A stretch of 32,950 nucleotides of DNA from assembly GCA_964514295.1 (NCBI GenBank), contig CAZEQG010000001.1, positions 1 to 32,950 of the forward strand, given 5' to 3'. A program made the translations under genes and the position numbers. Every line of letters begins with the position of its first letter. Within the stretch, counting starts at the first letter, position 1. This DNA comes from an uncultured Alphaproteobacteria bacterium. Its GTDB lineage: Bacteria; Pseudomonadota; Alphaproteobacteria; CAZEQG01. This document shows, one piece after another, positions 32,149 to 32,950 of the stretch. The notes under the pieces are model-generated. The model saw nothing but the letters and a program-made list of their open reading frames with translations, searched no databases and was not told the DNA's origin.

Positions 32149-32699
32149 GTCCGCCGCATCCCCCGGCGGCAGGGGTGTCTTGTGGTGCTCAAAGGTGAAG
32201 GAAATCGTCATCAGGGCTTGTGTCCGCCGCATCCCCCGGCGGCTGGGGCGTCTCATGGGGGCCTGCCGGTGCAGCGGCCGCCCTCATGCGCCAGTGTGTC
32301 CGCCGCAACCCCGGCGGCTGGGGTGTCTCATGTGGCCACCGCCACCCGTCAGCAGCACGATACAGTTCGAGTCCGCCTCAGCCCCAGGCGGCAGGGGTGT
32401 CTTATGCCCGGATTGAGCCCAGGGATGACTGATCCCTTTTCCCGTCCGCCCCATCCCCGGGCGGCAGGGTGGTCTTATGCTATAGAGCCAGCGCCCGGCG
32501 CATCCGACGCGGCGGCCGTCCGCCTCAGCCCAGGCGGCAGGGGTGTCTGATGCTAGATGCGCATACGCTTCGGGCACGCCGCATATCAGCGTCCGCCCCA
32601 TCCCCGGACGGCTGGGGTGTCGTATGCCCCGCCCATATGGAGCGAGCCTTCACGCAAAGACGAGTCCGCCCCATCCCCGGGCGGCTGGGGTATTTGATG
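32149..32699 (-). CRISPR. CRISPR-like array: 8 heterogeneous 35-36 bp hairpin repeats and 7 unique 37-40 bp spacers (orientation inferred)
   Basis: Repeats lie at 32149-32184, 32222-32257, 32298-32332, 32371-32406, 32444-32479, 32518-32552, 32591-32626 and 32664-32699. The plus-strand consensus is GTCCGCCNCATCCCCN'GGCGGC(A/T)GGGGTGTCTNATG. Spacers are unrelated to one another. The minus orientation is inferred from the neighbouring genes, the downstream terminator and the 3'-terminal hairpin-AC layout. Repeat identity is lower than in canonical arrays. Confidence 0.55.
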
Positions 32700-32816
32700 G
32701 GGGCCGCCGCGCAAGCCGTTGATCCGGCTGCGTAATCTGCGGCCCTTGCGAGGGCGCCCGACGATGGCAAAGAGCGGGGACTGGCCGGGGCAGGATAGTG
32801 CCGCCGGCCGGCCCGG

Positions 32817-32950
32817 TCAAGCCGCGAGCGGTGCCGACCCTTCCGGCGCCGCCGGAGCGCTCGCGGCGCGGCATAGCAGGATGGCGGCGGCGTGGTCCTG
32901 GTCGTGGACGTGGCCGCAGCCCGCACAGCGGTGGATCAGCGCCGCCCGCG
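32817..32950 (-). CDS. 3' end (last 44 codons) of a TnpB/Cas12-family-like nuclease gene (zinc ribbon plus RuvC-III-like motif); the gene continues beyond the window
   Basis: My own translation of the minus strand from 32948 gives RAALIHRCAGCGHVHDQDHAAAILLCRAASAPAAPEGSAPLAA, with the stop at 32819-32817. Third positions are about 90 percent G/C. CxxCGH followed by D.D.AAA.LL resembles the C..CGh...DrDvNAA.NI terminus of TnpB/Cas12. It is too short (under 60 aa) to appear in the supplied track. Confidence 0.45.
   Translation of the reverse strand, partial: RAALIHRCAGCGHVHDQDHAAAILLCRAASAPAAPEGSAPLAA

Larger units (their letters stand above)
2031..32950 (-). mobile_element. prophage / phage-derived late-gene region (packaging, head, tail, ejection proteins, lysis), continuing beyond the right window edge
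   Basis: About 30 co-oriented, overlapping genes include recognisable terS, terL (Walker A), portal-sized protein, scaffold, HK97-type capsid, tail fibre, polyvalent giant protein, GH108 endolysin, holin and spanins. The left limit lies between 1876 and 2030, next to pepA. The right limit is not in the window. Confidence 0.85.

Noticed and set aside
32149-32699. A tRNA gene array, suggested by the 73-76 nt period.
   Set aside because: Only about 36 nt of each unit is conserved, the rest is unrelated, and no cloverleaf, anticodon arm or T-loop (GTTCRANYC) is present.
32149-32699. The repeats as pac-site / TerS-binding boxes or as tandem boxB/put-like antitermination hairpins, given their position about 160 bp upstream of terS.
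   Set aside because: This is kept as an alternative rather than disproved. I rank it below the guide-array reading for three reasons: the regular repeat-spacer lengths (36/37-40 nt), the compensatory stem changes, and the adjacent TnpB/Cas12-like gene end. TerS footprinting or packaging-initiation mapping would decide.
32700-32816. An anti-repeat / tracrRNA-like complementarity in the 117-nt leader (TGCCGCCGG shared with the repeat in inverted orientation).
   Set aside because: A 9-nt GC-only match is expected by chance in DNA of this composition. No longer complementarity was seen by eye.
32059-32926. Track ORFs crossing the repeat array (32083-32550, 32120-32416, 32220-32432, 32284-32601, 32525-32926, 32650-32874, 32469-32735, 32059-32256).
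   Set aside because: They owe their length and their recurring peptides (PRRQG, PGGRGV, PGGWGV) to translation of the DNA repeat itself. There is no consistent frame, start context or family resemblance.

Overview
GC-rich bacterial DNA whose proteins look alphaproteobacterial. At the left edge (1-1900) are the 3' end of a plus-strand chromosomal gene and a convergent leucyl aminopeptidase gene (pepA, minus strand). From about 2031 to the right edge, every credible gene is on the minus strand, tightly packed and often joined by ATGA/GTGA overlaps. This is the late region of a prophage (or phage-derived element). Read right to left it runs terS, terL, portal, scaffold, HK97-type major capsid, head/tail structural genes and a tail fibre. 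Next comes a cluster of probable internal/ejection proteins that includes a GNAT acetyltransferase and a 3042-aa polyvalent giant protein. The region ends with a lysis cassette (GH108 endolysin, holin, small Cys/His ORF, overlapped i-/o-spanins) about 155 bp from the pepA promoter region. I recognise no tape-measure, sheath or tube gene, so a short-tailed architecture is inferred. The most unusual element lies immediately upstream of terS at 32149-32699. It consists of eight 35-36 bp direct repeats separated by unique 37-40 bp spacers, which is CRISPR geometry. The repeats differ from one another by compensatory changes that preserve one hairpin. The array lies 117 nt downstream of an edge-truncated minus-strand ORF, absent from the ORF track, whose last 44 residues look like the zinc-ribbon/RuvC-III tail of a TnpB/Cas12-family nuclease. 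I read this as a candidate phage-borne miniature type V-like or TnpB-derived guide-RNA locus; the alternatives are listed in the findings. The long plus-strand ORFs in the track are antisense shadows of the minus-strand genes in high-GC DNA. No rRNA or tRNA genes were seen.
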